Shown: one piece after another, positions 55,828 through 64,000 of the stretch | How positions within the stretch are numbered: the first letter of the stretch is position 1 | Layout: every line of letters begins with the position of its first letter | DNA from: Clostridia bacterium | GTDB lineage: Bacteria > Bacillota > Clostridia > Oscillospirales > CAG-272 | DNA length: 64,000 bases | Assembly (NCBI GenBank): GCA_017461945.1 | Contig: JAFTSB010000024.1 | Span: 56,592 to 120,591 of the forward strand | Direction: 5' to 3' | Notes under the pieces: generated by a model | What the model saw: the letters and a program-made list of their open reading frames with translations, nothing else | The model's database searches: none | Told to the model about the DNA's origin: nothing | Translations under genes and position numbers: made by a program

Positions 55828-56820
55828 TTACACCCCCAACAGAGAAACTGTAGCGCACGCCAGCGATACAAAAGCAAAAACCGCTACCACACGCCACTCG
55901 CTCCAACCGCATTTTTCAAAATGATGATGTAGCGGCGCCATGCGCAACAACCGCTTTCCCTTTGACACCTTAAACCACACCACCTGAAGGATCACCGAAA
56001 TCGCCTCTAATGCAAACACACCACATGCAAGCAACACAATGATGGGATTTGCAGACACAACACCGATTGCTGAGACTACAGCCCCTAAAAACAATGAGCC
56101 CGTGTCACCCATAAACACCTTTGCGGGGTGTGCATTAAAGCACAAAAATCCACAGCAGCCGCCCAAAAGAGCGCTGCCGATCGCCGTTTGAACTTCTCCG
56201 CCACCCAAAACGCCCCAAGCAATAAAAAAGATAGAAAGTACCCCCACGGTGGTCGAGAGAAGTCCATCGACACCATCGGTCAAATTGCAAGCGTTTACAA
56301 GACCGGTCAAGTATAAAAGCGACAAAGGATAGTAAAAAATACCAAGCTCCAACACACGATTTGAGAATGGAATTATAACCGCCGTTCCCGTTCCAAGCCA
56401 CACTTTTGCAAGCACCAAAAAGAGCGCTGAGACAATCAGCTGCAATACATATTTTTGCGTGGCGGTAAGTCCTTTATTTTCTCGCTTTACCAGTTTTTGA
56501 TAATCATCGATAAAGCCAATGGCTCCGCATAACACACCATATACAAAAACCAGAGCAATGCTTTTAATATTACCCTGTTTATGGTTCAAAACAAGATAAA
56601 GCCCGAATATGAGTAATGTCAAGCCAATGCCTGCAACAAATCCTAGTCCCCCCAAGGTAGGTGTCCCTGCCTTGGAAAGATGCCAACGGGGACCAATCTC
56701 CAGGATAGGTTGAGCAGCGCGATGTTTTTTTAAAATCGGCAATAGAATTCTCTCAAAAATCAACGTAAAAGCAAACGCCATTAAAAAAATAACAAGAACG
56801 GTATAGAAATTTGGGTTCAT
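55828..56820 (-). CDS. mraY: phospho-N-acetylmuramoyl-pentapeptide transferase
   Basis: TPTLGG, DDYQK, NLTDGVDGL, MGDTGSL and APLHHHFE motifs. Confidence 0.97.
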   Translation of the reverse strand: MNPNFYTVLVIFLMAFAFTLIFERILLPILKKHRAAQPILEIGPRWHLSKAGTPTLGGLGFVAGIGLTLLIFGLYLVLNHKQGNIKSIALVFVYGVLCGAIGFIDDYQKLVKRENKGLTATQKYVLQLIVSALFLVLAKVWLGTGTAVIIPFSNRVLELGIFYYPLSLLYLTGLVNACNLTDGVDGLLSTTVGVLSIFFIAWGVLGGGEVQTAIGSALLGGCCGFLCFNAHPAKVFMGDTGSLFLGAVVSAIGVVSANPIIVLLACGVFALEAISVILQVVWFKVSKGKRLLRMAPLHHHFEKCGWSEWRVVAVFAFVSLACATVSLLGV

Positions 56821-58196
56821 ATCTGTCCTCCAAGCATTTCTTTTACTTTTTCTATTTTCATAGCGCGAGAAGCCTTAAACAGCACCACAGCGTGGGGCTC
56901 TATGCATTTTTTTAACGCTGCCACCATTGCCTTTTCTTCCCCTTGCAAAAAAGTCCTTATAGCGTGCTGCGGCATCCCCGCTTTTCGCGCACCTTCTGCA
57001 TACCGTAAAGCGCCGGTACCGTATGTAAAAAGCATTGAAACGCCATTCTTTACTGCCGCTTCACCAGCCTGAAGATGAAAAGATTTGCTATATGGTCCAA
57101 GCTCCAGCATATCCCCTAAAACCGCTACCGTTTGCCGCCCTTTTCCGCGAATGCTTAAAAACTCCAATGCGGCTGCCATCGACTCCGGCGATGCGTTATA
57201 CGAATCGTCGATAAAGATTCGCTCACCGTGCTTTTCCTGTTTTATACGGGGCGCATGCTCGCCCGCCTTTTTCAACCCTTCTCGAATCGATCTGTCACTG
57301 CATCCAGCCAACACGCCGACCGCAGACGCAATGGCCATGGTAGAAATACCAGTTCTACCCGGGATCGGCCAACGCAGATCCTCGATTACACGGTGTGGAC
57401 ACACCAACCGACCACGGATACCATTTTGCCCAACCGACAATGCATCCATATAAAAGTCTCCACCCTCCTTTTCCCCAATGCGACAGATCGCCGCCGGGGG
57501 ACAACGCAATCCGATAGTGGGGAGATCGTTGGGCACTATCACGCATCCGTCGCGACAAAGTCCTGCTGTGATTTTCATCTTTTCTTGCCGCAGCTGCTCC
57601 CAGCTTTCAAAATTTCCAATGTGTGCGTTCCCTACATTGGTCAGCACTGCAAGATCCGGAAGTGCTGCCTTGGATAGTTGTTCCATTTCGCCGGGATGAT
57701 TGATGCCAAGCTCCAAAACCCAAAATTGAGCATTTTCAAAAGAAAGGATCGATAAGGGCAATCCAATCATGCTATTATAATTCCCAGCTGTTTTTTCTAC
57801 GCTCCCGCACTCGGCCAATATATGCGACACCGCTTCCTTTACGGTCGTCTTACCCGTGCTGCCACTAACGGCTATCACATAAGCATTGCTTTTTCGACGG
57901 CGAAAGAACGCAGCGCGCAACAATGCTTGGATAGGGTCCCTCACCATAAAACGCATACACGGCCAGTCGATATTCTGTGCTGTAATCACGCCGGATGCCC
58001 CCTTTTCAAGGGCAGCCATCACATAATCGTTTCCGTCTGATTTTTCCCCAGGTAAAGCAATAAAAATGTCGTTTTTTTTCACTTCTTCGGAGTTGGTAGC
58101 TATACCAACGACCGGTGCAGTTCCTTTTCTTCTGGCTCCAAGTGCAACAGCTAAAATGGCAGGATCCTGCAAGCTTTTACACAGATCAATTCTCAT
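56817..58196 (-). CDS. murF: UDP-N-acetylmuramoyl-tripeptide--D-alanyl-D-alanine ligase
   Basis: Mur ligase with VSGSTGKTT P-loop and a DDSYNASP block. Position between murE and mraY. Confidence 0.9.
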   Translation of the reverse strand: MRIDLCKSLQDPAILAVALGARRKGTAPVVGIATNSEEVKKNDIFIALPGEKSDGNDYVMAALEKGASGVITAQNIDWPCMRFMVRDPIQALLRAAFFRRRKSNAYVIAVSGSTGKTTVKEAVSHILAECGSVEKTAGNYNSMIGLPLSILSFENAQFWVLELGINHPGEMEQLSKAALPDLAVLTNVGNAHIGNFESWEQLRQEKMKITAGLCRDGCVIVPNDLPTIGLRCPPAAICRIGEKEGGDFYMDALSVGQNGIRGRLVCPHRVIEDLRWPIPGRTGISTMAIASAVGVLAGCSDRSIREGLKKAGEHAPRIKQEKHGERIFIDDSYNASPESMAAALEFLSIRGKGRQTVAVLGDMLELGPYSKSFHLQAGEAAVKNGVSMLFTYGTGALRYAEGARKAGMPQHAIRTFLQGEEKAMVAALKKCIEPHAVVLFKASRAMKIEKVKEMLGGQI

Positions 58197-59655
58197 GCTT
58201 CCTCCGTCGTTGCAAAATACATTCTCTCACAATATCACGTTCTGCAAAGGGCAACCGGCGGTTCCCTATAATCTCATATTCCTCATGCCCTTTGCCTGCA
58301 AGCAGTATCACGTCATTTTTTTTGGCGCTTTCAATGGCATAAGAAATGGCCGCACGTCGATCTGGAATGACTTTATAAGGCTTTTCTTTGTTGGTGCCTC
58401 TTAAAATATCCCGTAGGATATCCTCGGTTCGCTCACTTCTGCTATTATCGGCGGTCAAAATCAAAAAGTCAGCAAGCTTTGAGGCCACACGTCCCATTTC
58501 CGCGCGTTTTCCGCGATCGCGGTCTCCGCCACACCCAAACACGACTACGACTCGTCCATCCCGTGGGCAAAAGCTTCTGGCGCTGTAAAGCAGCTTTTCT
58601 AATGCATCGGGCGTATGTGCATAATCAATGAATACCGAAAAATCCACATCGCCTTCATCTACACGTTCCATTCTTCCCTTTACGCCTGTGAATTGTCGTA
58701 ACCCCGCTTGGATTTGCTCTGTTTGAAGGCCAAGGCTCATTGCCGTTAACGCCGCAAGAGCGCCGTTCTCAACAGAAAACTCCCCCGGAATCGGCAAATA
58801 AAACCGCTCCCTTTGACCGTTCTCTGTTTTTAAGGAAAAAGAAACACCGTCACAGCCCTGTTGTTGAACAGAATTCAAGCAAGCATCATCCAATCGCCAC
58901 AATGGAGCTTCCAGTTCGTTGGCCAATCGTTCTCCATATGAACCCAGACACGAAACAACAGCGCCGCGACAGGAAGCGAACAGCTTTTTCTTTTCCATGA
59001 AATAGCTTTCCATATCACCGTGCAGATCCAGATGATCCGGAGTCAAATTGGTAAAGATGGCTCTTTCATAGATCAAAGGAGCTACCTTAGAAAAAGCCAA
59101 CGCGTGTGAGGAGACCTCCATAATTACATATTCAGCCCCGCCATCGCGCATATCCCCCAAAAGTCGATACAGTTCCGCAGGATCGGGAGTGGTCATATTG
59201 GCCAAAATACTTGGATTAGGCGAAGATAATACTTGATCGTTCAAACGACATTCCACTGTTCCAATCAGCCCACAAGAATACCCTGCCTGCCGCAATAGCG
59301 ACCATACCATATAAGAAACAGAAGTTTTCCCATTGGTCCCCGTAATACCAATCAGTCTCAGTTTCTTTGCGGGATGCCCATACCACGCATCCAATAAACG
59401 AGCCAAAGCCTCTCTCGTATCAGGAACCACCAGCACATTGGCGCATTCCAATGCACGCTCGGCAACAACGGCGACCGCTCCCTTTTCAATGGCACGATGC
59501 ACAAAGAGGTGTCCATCGTGATGCAATCCTCGAATCGCCACAAAAAGGTTGCCTTTTTGAACGTTTTCTGAATTCGAAGTAATTCCCGTGATCTCACGCG
59601 CGGGAAGGAAGTGATCCGAATATCCTGCTTGCTGCAGCAGCTCTGCTATTAACAT
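58186..59655 (-). CDS. murE: UDP-N-acetylmuramoyl-L-alanyl-D-glutamate--2,6-diaminopimelate (or L-lysine) ligase
   Basis: Mur ligase ITGTNGKTS P-loop, DYAHTPDALE, and a DNSR-type block (ADNSRSE) suggesting the DAP-adding type. Confidence 0.92.
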   Translation of the reverse strand: MLIAELLQQAGYSDHFLPAREITGITSNSENVQKGNLFVAIRGLHHDGHLFVHRAIEKGAVAVVAERALECANVLVVPDTREALARLLDAWYGHPAKKLRLIGITGTNGKTSVSYMVWSLLRQAGYSCGLIGTVECRLNDQVLSSPNPSILANMTTPDPAELYRLLGDMRDGGAEYVIMEVSSHALAFSKVAPLIYERAIFTNLTPDHLDLHGDMESYFMEKKKLFASCRGAVVSCLGSYGERLANELEAPLWRLDDACLNSVQQQGCDGVSFSLKTENGQRERFYLPIPGEFSVENGALAALTAMSLGLQTEQIQAGLRQFTGVKGRMERVDEGDVDFSVFIDYAHTPDALEKLLYSARSFCPRDGRVVVVFGCGGDRDRGKRAEMGRVASKLADFLILTADNSRSERTEDILRDILRGTNKEKPYKVIPDRRAAISYAIESAKKNDVILLAGKGHEEYEIIGNRRLPFAERDIVRECILQRRRKHEN

Positions 59656-59676
59656 ATTCCCACCTCAAAGCTTCTT

Positions 59677-61746
59677 TTATTCCAATTTTCTCTCATATGA
59701 ACCATTCGTTGTCGATAGCAAGGAGCGATCCCCCAGAATTAGAACGATCTCCTCTTTTGCGGGAGAAATCAGCGTTCCAACAGCAATGCTTTGCTCTACA
59801 ACGGTATCGCCGACACCTTGAAAGGAAAAACGCAAGCCGGATGCGGCCAACATTCTATTCGCATCCTCTGCATTCCACCCCACAAAATCAGGCACTCTGA
59901 AGGTTATTTGTTCCCTTTCTTCATCGGTATAGATGGCTTCTATGCCCATATAAGGCAAAATGCGCTCCAGCGTATCTGCAACATACGGTGCTGCAACAAC
60001 ACTACCATATTTACTGCCGTCGGTAGGCTCATCTACCACAATAATGATAGCCACCTGCGGATCATCCGCAGGCGCAAAAGCGACACAGGACCCAATTCTG
60101 GCATTGCGATCGTCGCCGATTTTTTCGGAGGTTCCGGTTTTGGCCGCAACACGATAACCGGCCACATAAGCATTTTTGGCACCACCATCTCCTGCAACAC
60201 CGCCAGCCAAAATATCAGCAATCGTTCTTGCGGTCTCATCACTAATGACATTGCGCCGAACTGTTTTCTCGTGCTCGTACACCACATTGCCGTCGGCATC
60301 GGTCACACGATGCACCACATAGGGGGTTAACAGTTCGCCACCGTTTGCAATAGCACTGATCGCGGTGATCATTTGGAGAATGGAAACCTTAAAATTTTGC
60401 CCAAAGGAAGCCGTTGCCAAGTCTAATTCTGTGAAATTGGAAGCTGCGTGGAAAATGGAATTTCCTTCGCCGGGCAGATCAATTCCCGTCTTTTCCAGCA
60501 TACCAAAGCTTTTTACATATTCATAAAAGGCATCACACCCCAACCGCGCAGCAATGGTCATCATAACGGGATTGCATGAATTTTGCAATCCTTCGCGAAA
60601 AGTGATGCTGCCGTGTCCGCCTTTTTTGTGACAATGTATGATACGGTCAGCCACTTGATGCGCTCCGCTACAAAAAAATCGTTCATCCAAATCAATGACC
60701 TTATTTTCCTCCAACACCGCAGAGCAAGTCAGCGCCTTAAAGGTTGACCCCGGCATATAGATCTCTGTCACCGCCTTATTGGACCAGGTCTCCAACAACA
60801 GGCGATTTTTGGCAGCTTTATAATCATCGCTACCCATCTCATATCCCAGTGCTCGCAACTCATTTACAGCACTTTCATTTAACGAAAACGGATCGTTAAG
60901 ATCAAAAGACGGCCCCGTTGCCATAGCCAGAATCGCGCCGCTGTTAACATCCATTACAATACCGCAAACCCGATTGGCGGCCCCGGATTCGATCAACGTC
61001 CGCTCTAATTGCTCCTCCAGAACGGCTTGAATATAAGCGTCGATGGTAGTTTGTACCGTACATCCATCTACAGCAGGAATATAATTCTCATACGGCACGG
61101 GAAGTTCGTTCCCCGTAGAATCTCGAGCAGTAATATAAGAGCCGTTTTCGCCTGCTAAATAGCTGTTGTATTGCAGTTCCAGACCATACAACCCCTGCCC
61201 ATCGCTGCCAGTAAATCCAAGCAAATGTGCCGCCAGGTCACCATAGGGATAATACCGTGTATTGATAGCCTCCACGGCTACTTGGTCGTACAGATTGTTC
61301 TGATGAATCCATTCCAAAACAGCATTCGCCGTTTCTACATCCACCGCTGCTGCAACGGTGCGTTCCAGTTCATGGATGTGTGAAAGGTGATCCAACACCT
61401 TCTCTTGCGTTATTCCCTCGATTGTTTGAGTAAGCCCCTCTGCAATAACACTCTTTAACCGCTCTTTATCCTCCGCACCGTTGATCAAACTGGGAAAGAC
61501 CGATATACGATATACCGTACGATTGGTGGCCAATACACGCCCTGCCACATCCAAAATTTCACCACGGGCAGCTCGCACAGGAGATTCGGTGGTTAACTGA
61601 TCGATCACTTTTTTCTGATATCGAAAAAAATCAAACACCTGAATACAAAATATACGCACGGATAACAGCAAAAAAGCAAGTAAAACAAGCAACGCCATCA
61701 CCGAGGATCGCTGAATGGTACGGCGACTGACAGATAAGCGATTCAT
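59677..61746 (-). CDS. class B penicillin-binding protein (FtsI/SpoVD/PBP2B-like) with C-terminal PASTA-like domain
   Basis: Signal anchor, then STFK (SxxK), SCN (SxN) and KTGT motifs. Start at MNRLSVS (RBS GAAGGAGGGG). Confidence 0.9.
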   Translation of the reverse strand: MNRLSVSRRTIQRSSVMALLVLLAFLLLSVRIFCIQVFDFFRYQKKVIDQLTTESPVRAARGEILDVAGRVLATNRTVYRISVFPSLINGAEDKERLKSVIAEGLTQTIEGITQEKVLDHLSHIHELERTVAAAVDVETANAVLEWIHQNNLYDQVAVEAINTRYYPYGDLAAHLLGFTGSDGQGLYGLELQYNSYLAGENGSYITARDSTGNELPVPYENYIPAVDGCTVQTTIDAYIQAVLEEQLERTLIESGAANRVCGIVMDVNSGAILAMATGPSFDLNDPFSLNESAVNELRALGYEMGSDDYKAAKNRLLLETWSNKAVTEIYMPGSTFKALTCSAVLEENKVIDLDERFFCSGAHQVADRIIHCHKKGGHGSITFREGLQNSCNPVMMTIAARLGCDAFYEYVKSFGMLEKTGIDLPGEGNSIFHAASNFTELDLATASFGQNFKVSILQMITAISAIANGGELLTPYVVHRVTDADGNVVYEHEKTVRRNVISDETARTIADILAGGVAGDGGAKNAYVAGYRVAAKTGTSEKIGDDRNARIGSCVAFAPADDPQVAIIIVVDEPTDGSKYGSVVAAPYVADTLERILPYMGIEAIYTDEEREQITFRVPDFVGWNAEDANRMLAASGLRFSFQGVGDTVVEQSIAVGTLISPAKEEIVLILGDRSLLSTTNGSYERKLE

Positions 61747-61861
61747 AGCCCCTCCTTCAAACAAAAAAGACGGCTAAGCTTGCCCCAATGGCAAGCTCAG
61801 CCGTCGGACAGCGACCAAACGTCGCATCCCTATTTTATTCAAAAGGAGTTCGCTTTAGACC

Positions 61862-62560
61862 TTATTTTCCAAGAGAGGCCAAAGCATTCAACAAGGCAGC
61901 CATTTCTACGCCGCCGCCATTTTGTGCAGGATAGATCTCGACAGAATCGCCACCTGCCATATCGGGATATTCGATAGCCGGAGCAGACTCGGATGTCGTA
62001 TTATACTGGTCGGCCGAAGCAACACCTTGGGCAGTTTCCAGCATAGCAACCTCCTCCTCCAAAGCAAGAACCTCGTTTTGCGTGTTCTCCAGCAATGCAG
62101 AAGTACCGGTCAGAATACCAATGGAGATCACAAGCATCACTGCAAAAATAGCATTTAAAAATGCTAATTTGGGTCTGGCAGAGCGCAAGGGCTGAAAGCC
62201 GCGTCTCTCTTGCTTTTGTCTCGCAGCAAGCTCGGCACCGCGTCTTTCCTCTGCCTCGCGTCGGGTTTCAACCTTGCGAACGGCATTGGAAATGGAGCGC
62301 TGCATAGCGCCGATACGGTCGTAGCCACCAAAGCGATTGTTGAAATACTCAACAAAATCTCCGGTGGTGATATGAGTGCCGCCATTTTCATCGTCGTGCA
62401 GATAAACGATTGTAGTGGCGTTGGCAATGGGATTGTGATCTACCTTTCTGCCTCGCAGAGCCTCTTGGGTGCGAGTGCGATAACGGTTGCGCAGAGTCTC
62501 GAACTGCTCCTTATAATTCTCGCTGAAATATTCTTTTTCGTAAGTCTCGGTGCGGTTCAT
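61862..62560 (-). CDS. ftsL: FtsL-like septum-formation protein with extended N-terminal cytoplasmic region
   Basis: Single TM (FLNAIFAVMLVISIGILTG) followed by a short coiled coil (NEVLALEEEVAMLE). Sits at the canonical position between rsmH and the PBP gene. Confidence 0.6.
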   Translation of the reverse strand: MNRTETYEKEYFSENYKEQFETLRNRYRTRTQEALRGRKVDHNPIANATTIVYLHDDENGGTHITTGDFVEYFNNRFGGYDRIGAMQRSISNAVRKVETRREAEERRGAELAARQKQERRGFQPLRSARPKLAFLNAIFAVMLVISIGILTGTSALLENTQNEVLALEEEVAMLETAQGVASADQYNTTSESAPAIEYPDMAGGDSVEIYPAQNGGGVEMAALLNALASLGK

Positions 62561-62595
62561 CGTTGCGCCTCCTTTCTTTTCTTCTTTCTTCTCTC

Positions 62596-63531
62596 TTAAA
62601 GTTTTTCCGCCACTCGCAGTTTAGCACTGTGCGAACGAGGATTTTCGTTTAACTCAATTTCACCCGGCAGAATGGGCTTTTTGGTTAAGATTTTGATCTT
62701 AGGTTGATTGCCACACACACACACCGGCAATGATTTGGGGCAAGTGCAACCAGCTGCAAGCTTTTGGAAAGCCTGCTTTACAATGCGGTCCTCCAACGAG
62801 TGGAAGGTGATGATAGCAATACGACCGCCTTTATTCATACGGGCAACGGCGTTCTGAATGGTTGGCTCAATCACATCAAGTTCACCGTTCACTTCAATTC
62901 GGATTGCTTGAAAGGATCGCTTGGCCGGATGACCGCCATCCTTGGCAGCGGCAGGCATCGCGCTTTTGATCAGTTCAGATAGCTGAAAAGTGGTTTTAAT
63001 GGGAGCTTTTTCGCGCTCTTGAACAATGCGAGCTGCGATACGACCGGAAAACCGCTCTTCACCGTATTCATAAAGGATGCGCTTCAATTCTTGTTCGCTA
63101 TAGGTGTTTACTACCTCAAAGGCACTCTTAGCTTGTCTGCGATCCATACGCATATCCAAGGGCGCATCCGAACGATATGAGAAGCCGCGTTCAGCCTCAT
63201 CAAACTGATGAGAGGATACCCCCAGATCCAGCAGAATGCCATCTATCTTGACGATTTCTAAGGAATCCAGCACATCGGCAAAATCCGAGAAATTGCTGCG
63301 CACTACGCGCGCGCGTGCGCCTAACGGCGCTAAACGAGCTCCGGCAGCGGCAATGGCCGCTTCGTCTCGGTCAATGGCGATCAATTGCCCTGTTGTTAAA
63401 TGACTTGCAATGTGAAAGGAGTGGCCACCGCCGCCAGCGGTTCCATCCACATAAATACCATCCGGACGAATGGCCAATGCTTCGATACATTCATCAAGAA
63501 GAACCGAGCGATGAGAAAAAATTTCAGACAT
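62596..63531 (-). CDS. rsmH: 16S rRNA (cytosine1402-N4)-methyltransferase
   Basis: [18 protein letters not shown] and [10 protein letters not shown] motifs. Start at MSEIFSH, 1 nt after the mraZ stop. ORF-track extension trimmed. Confidence 0.95.
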   Translation of the reverse strand: MSEIFSHRSVLLDECIEALAIRPDGIYVDGTAGGGGHSFHIASHLTTGQLIAIDRDEAAIAAAGARLAPLGARARVVRSNFSDFADVLDSLEIVKIDGILLDLGVSSHQFDEAERGFSYRSDAPLDMRMDRRQAKSAFEVVNTYSEQELKRILYEYGEERFSGRIAARIVQEREKAPIKTTFQLSELIKSAMPAAAKDGGHPAKRSFQAIRIEVNGELDVIEPTIQNAVARMNKGGRIAIITFHSLEDRIVKQAFQKLAAGCTCPKSLPVCVCGNQPKIKILTKKPILPGEIELNENPRSHSAKLRVAEKL

Positions 63532-63532
63532 A

Positions 63533-63973
63533 TTACAGCCCGCTTTCTTCCAAAGAGCGACGAATCTCGTCGATATCCATTTCCTCGACATGCTTGTTGT
63601 ACAAGTTCTCGGACCAGATCTCTCCAAAATCACCGCAACCAACAATCACGACGTTGCGATTCCCTTCACCGTCGGGCTCGATTTTTGCAAAATCAAGCAA
63701 GCCTTTGGTCAGCAGTACACGGCCCAGCGAGTCGGGGGAGACCTGCGCGGCATCGTGATACAAAAACCAAAAGGTTTTTTCAGAAACGGCTCTGGGCAAT
63801 TTTTTCAAGGGCTCAATGTATTCTTTCCATGCGGGAATGGAGAAGAATCGAAGGCATTCACCGCGAAGGCTACGAACAACCATAAATTCGTTGCCAAGCT
63901 CTTCGCGCAATTTGGCGGGAACAGAAACACGATTTTTGGCGTCTATTGAATGATGAAACTCGCCGGACAGCAT
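63533..63973 (-). CDS. mraZ: transcriptional regulator MraZ
   Basis: [24 protein letters not shown] with the duplicated SpoVT/AbrB-like halves. First gene of the dcw cluster. Confidence 0.95.
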   Translation of the reverse strand: MLSGEFHHSIDAKNRVSVPAKLREELGNEFMVVRSLRGECLRFFSIPAWKEYIEPLKKLPRAVSEKTFWFLYHDAAQVSPDSLGRVLLTKGLLDFAKIEPDGEGNRNVVIVGCGDFGEIWSENLYNKHVEEMDIDEIRRSLEESGL

Positions 63974-64000
63974 ATTTCGTTCCCCCCTTTTTTAGATTTC

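Noticed and set aside
1-64000. Scan for CRISPR arrays, rRNA, tRNA, reverse transcriptase/DGR components or group II introns
   Set aside because: I found no regularly spaced short direct repeats, no cloverleaf-like GC-rich 75-nt segments in the intergenic regions I read, and no RT (YxDD) ORF. A by-eye scan can miss small RNAs, so tRNAscan and Infernal should confirm.

Overview
The window looks like chromosome from a Gram-positive anaerobe, probably a Clostridia or Oscillospiraceae-like Firmicute. I infer this from gene content and GGAGG-type ribosome-binding sites only, since I could run no searches. Sampled stretches are about 50% G+C.

Layout:
- (1) 1-8860: the right-hand part of a mobile or viral-like block, full of exported and membrane proteins, tiny translationally coupled ORFs and a SprT-like metallopeptidase.
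- (2) 8850-9338: a ~490-bp imperfect palindrome, followed by an IS30-family insertion sequence.
- (3) 10769-14150: an acyltransferase / GT8 glycosyltransferase / GT8-acyltransferase-fusion operon.
- (4) 14155-16130: a ~2-kb low-GC island with a WYL-like protein and a divergent basic/acidic small-protein pair.
- (5) 16131-33656: housekeeping genes (THUMP methyltransferase, uvrA, uvrB, hydrolases, xerC-like recombinase, rqcH, coaW).
- (6) 33843-48928: six tandem diverged paralogues (789-837 aa) of a lipoprotein with a ComEC-type metallo-beta-lactamase (MBL) domain. This is the most unusual feature.
- (7) 49343-63973: alaS, then a compact dcw cell-division cluster from ftsZ back to mraZ.

I recognised no rRNA, tRNA or CRISPR array. 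All functional calls rest on motifs read by eye. Coordinates of starts, promoters and hairpins were counted by hand.
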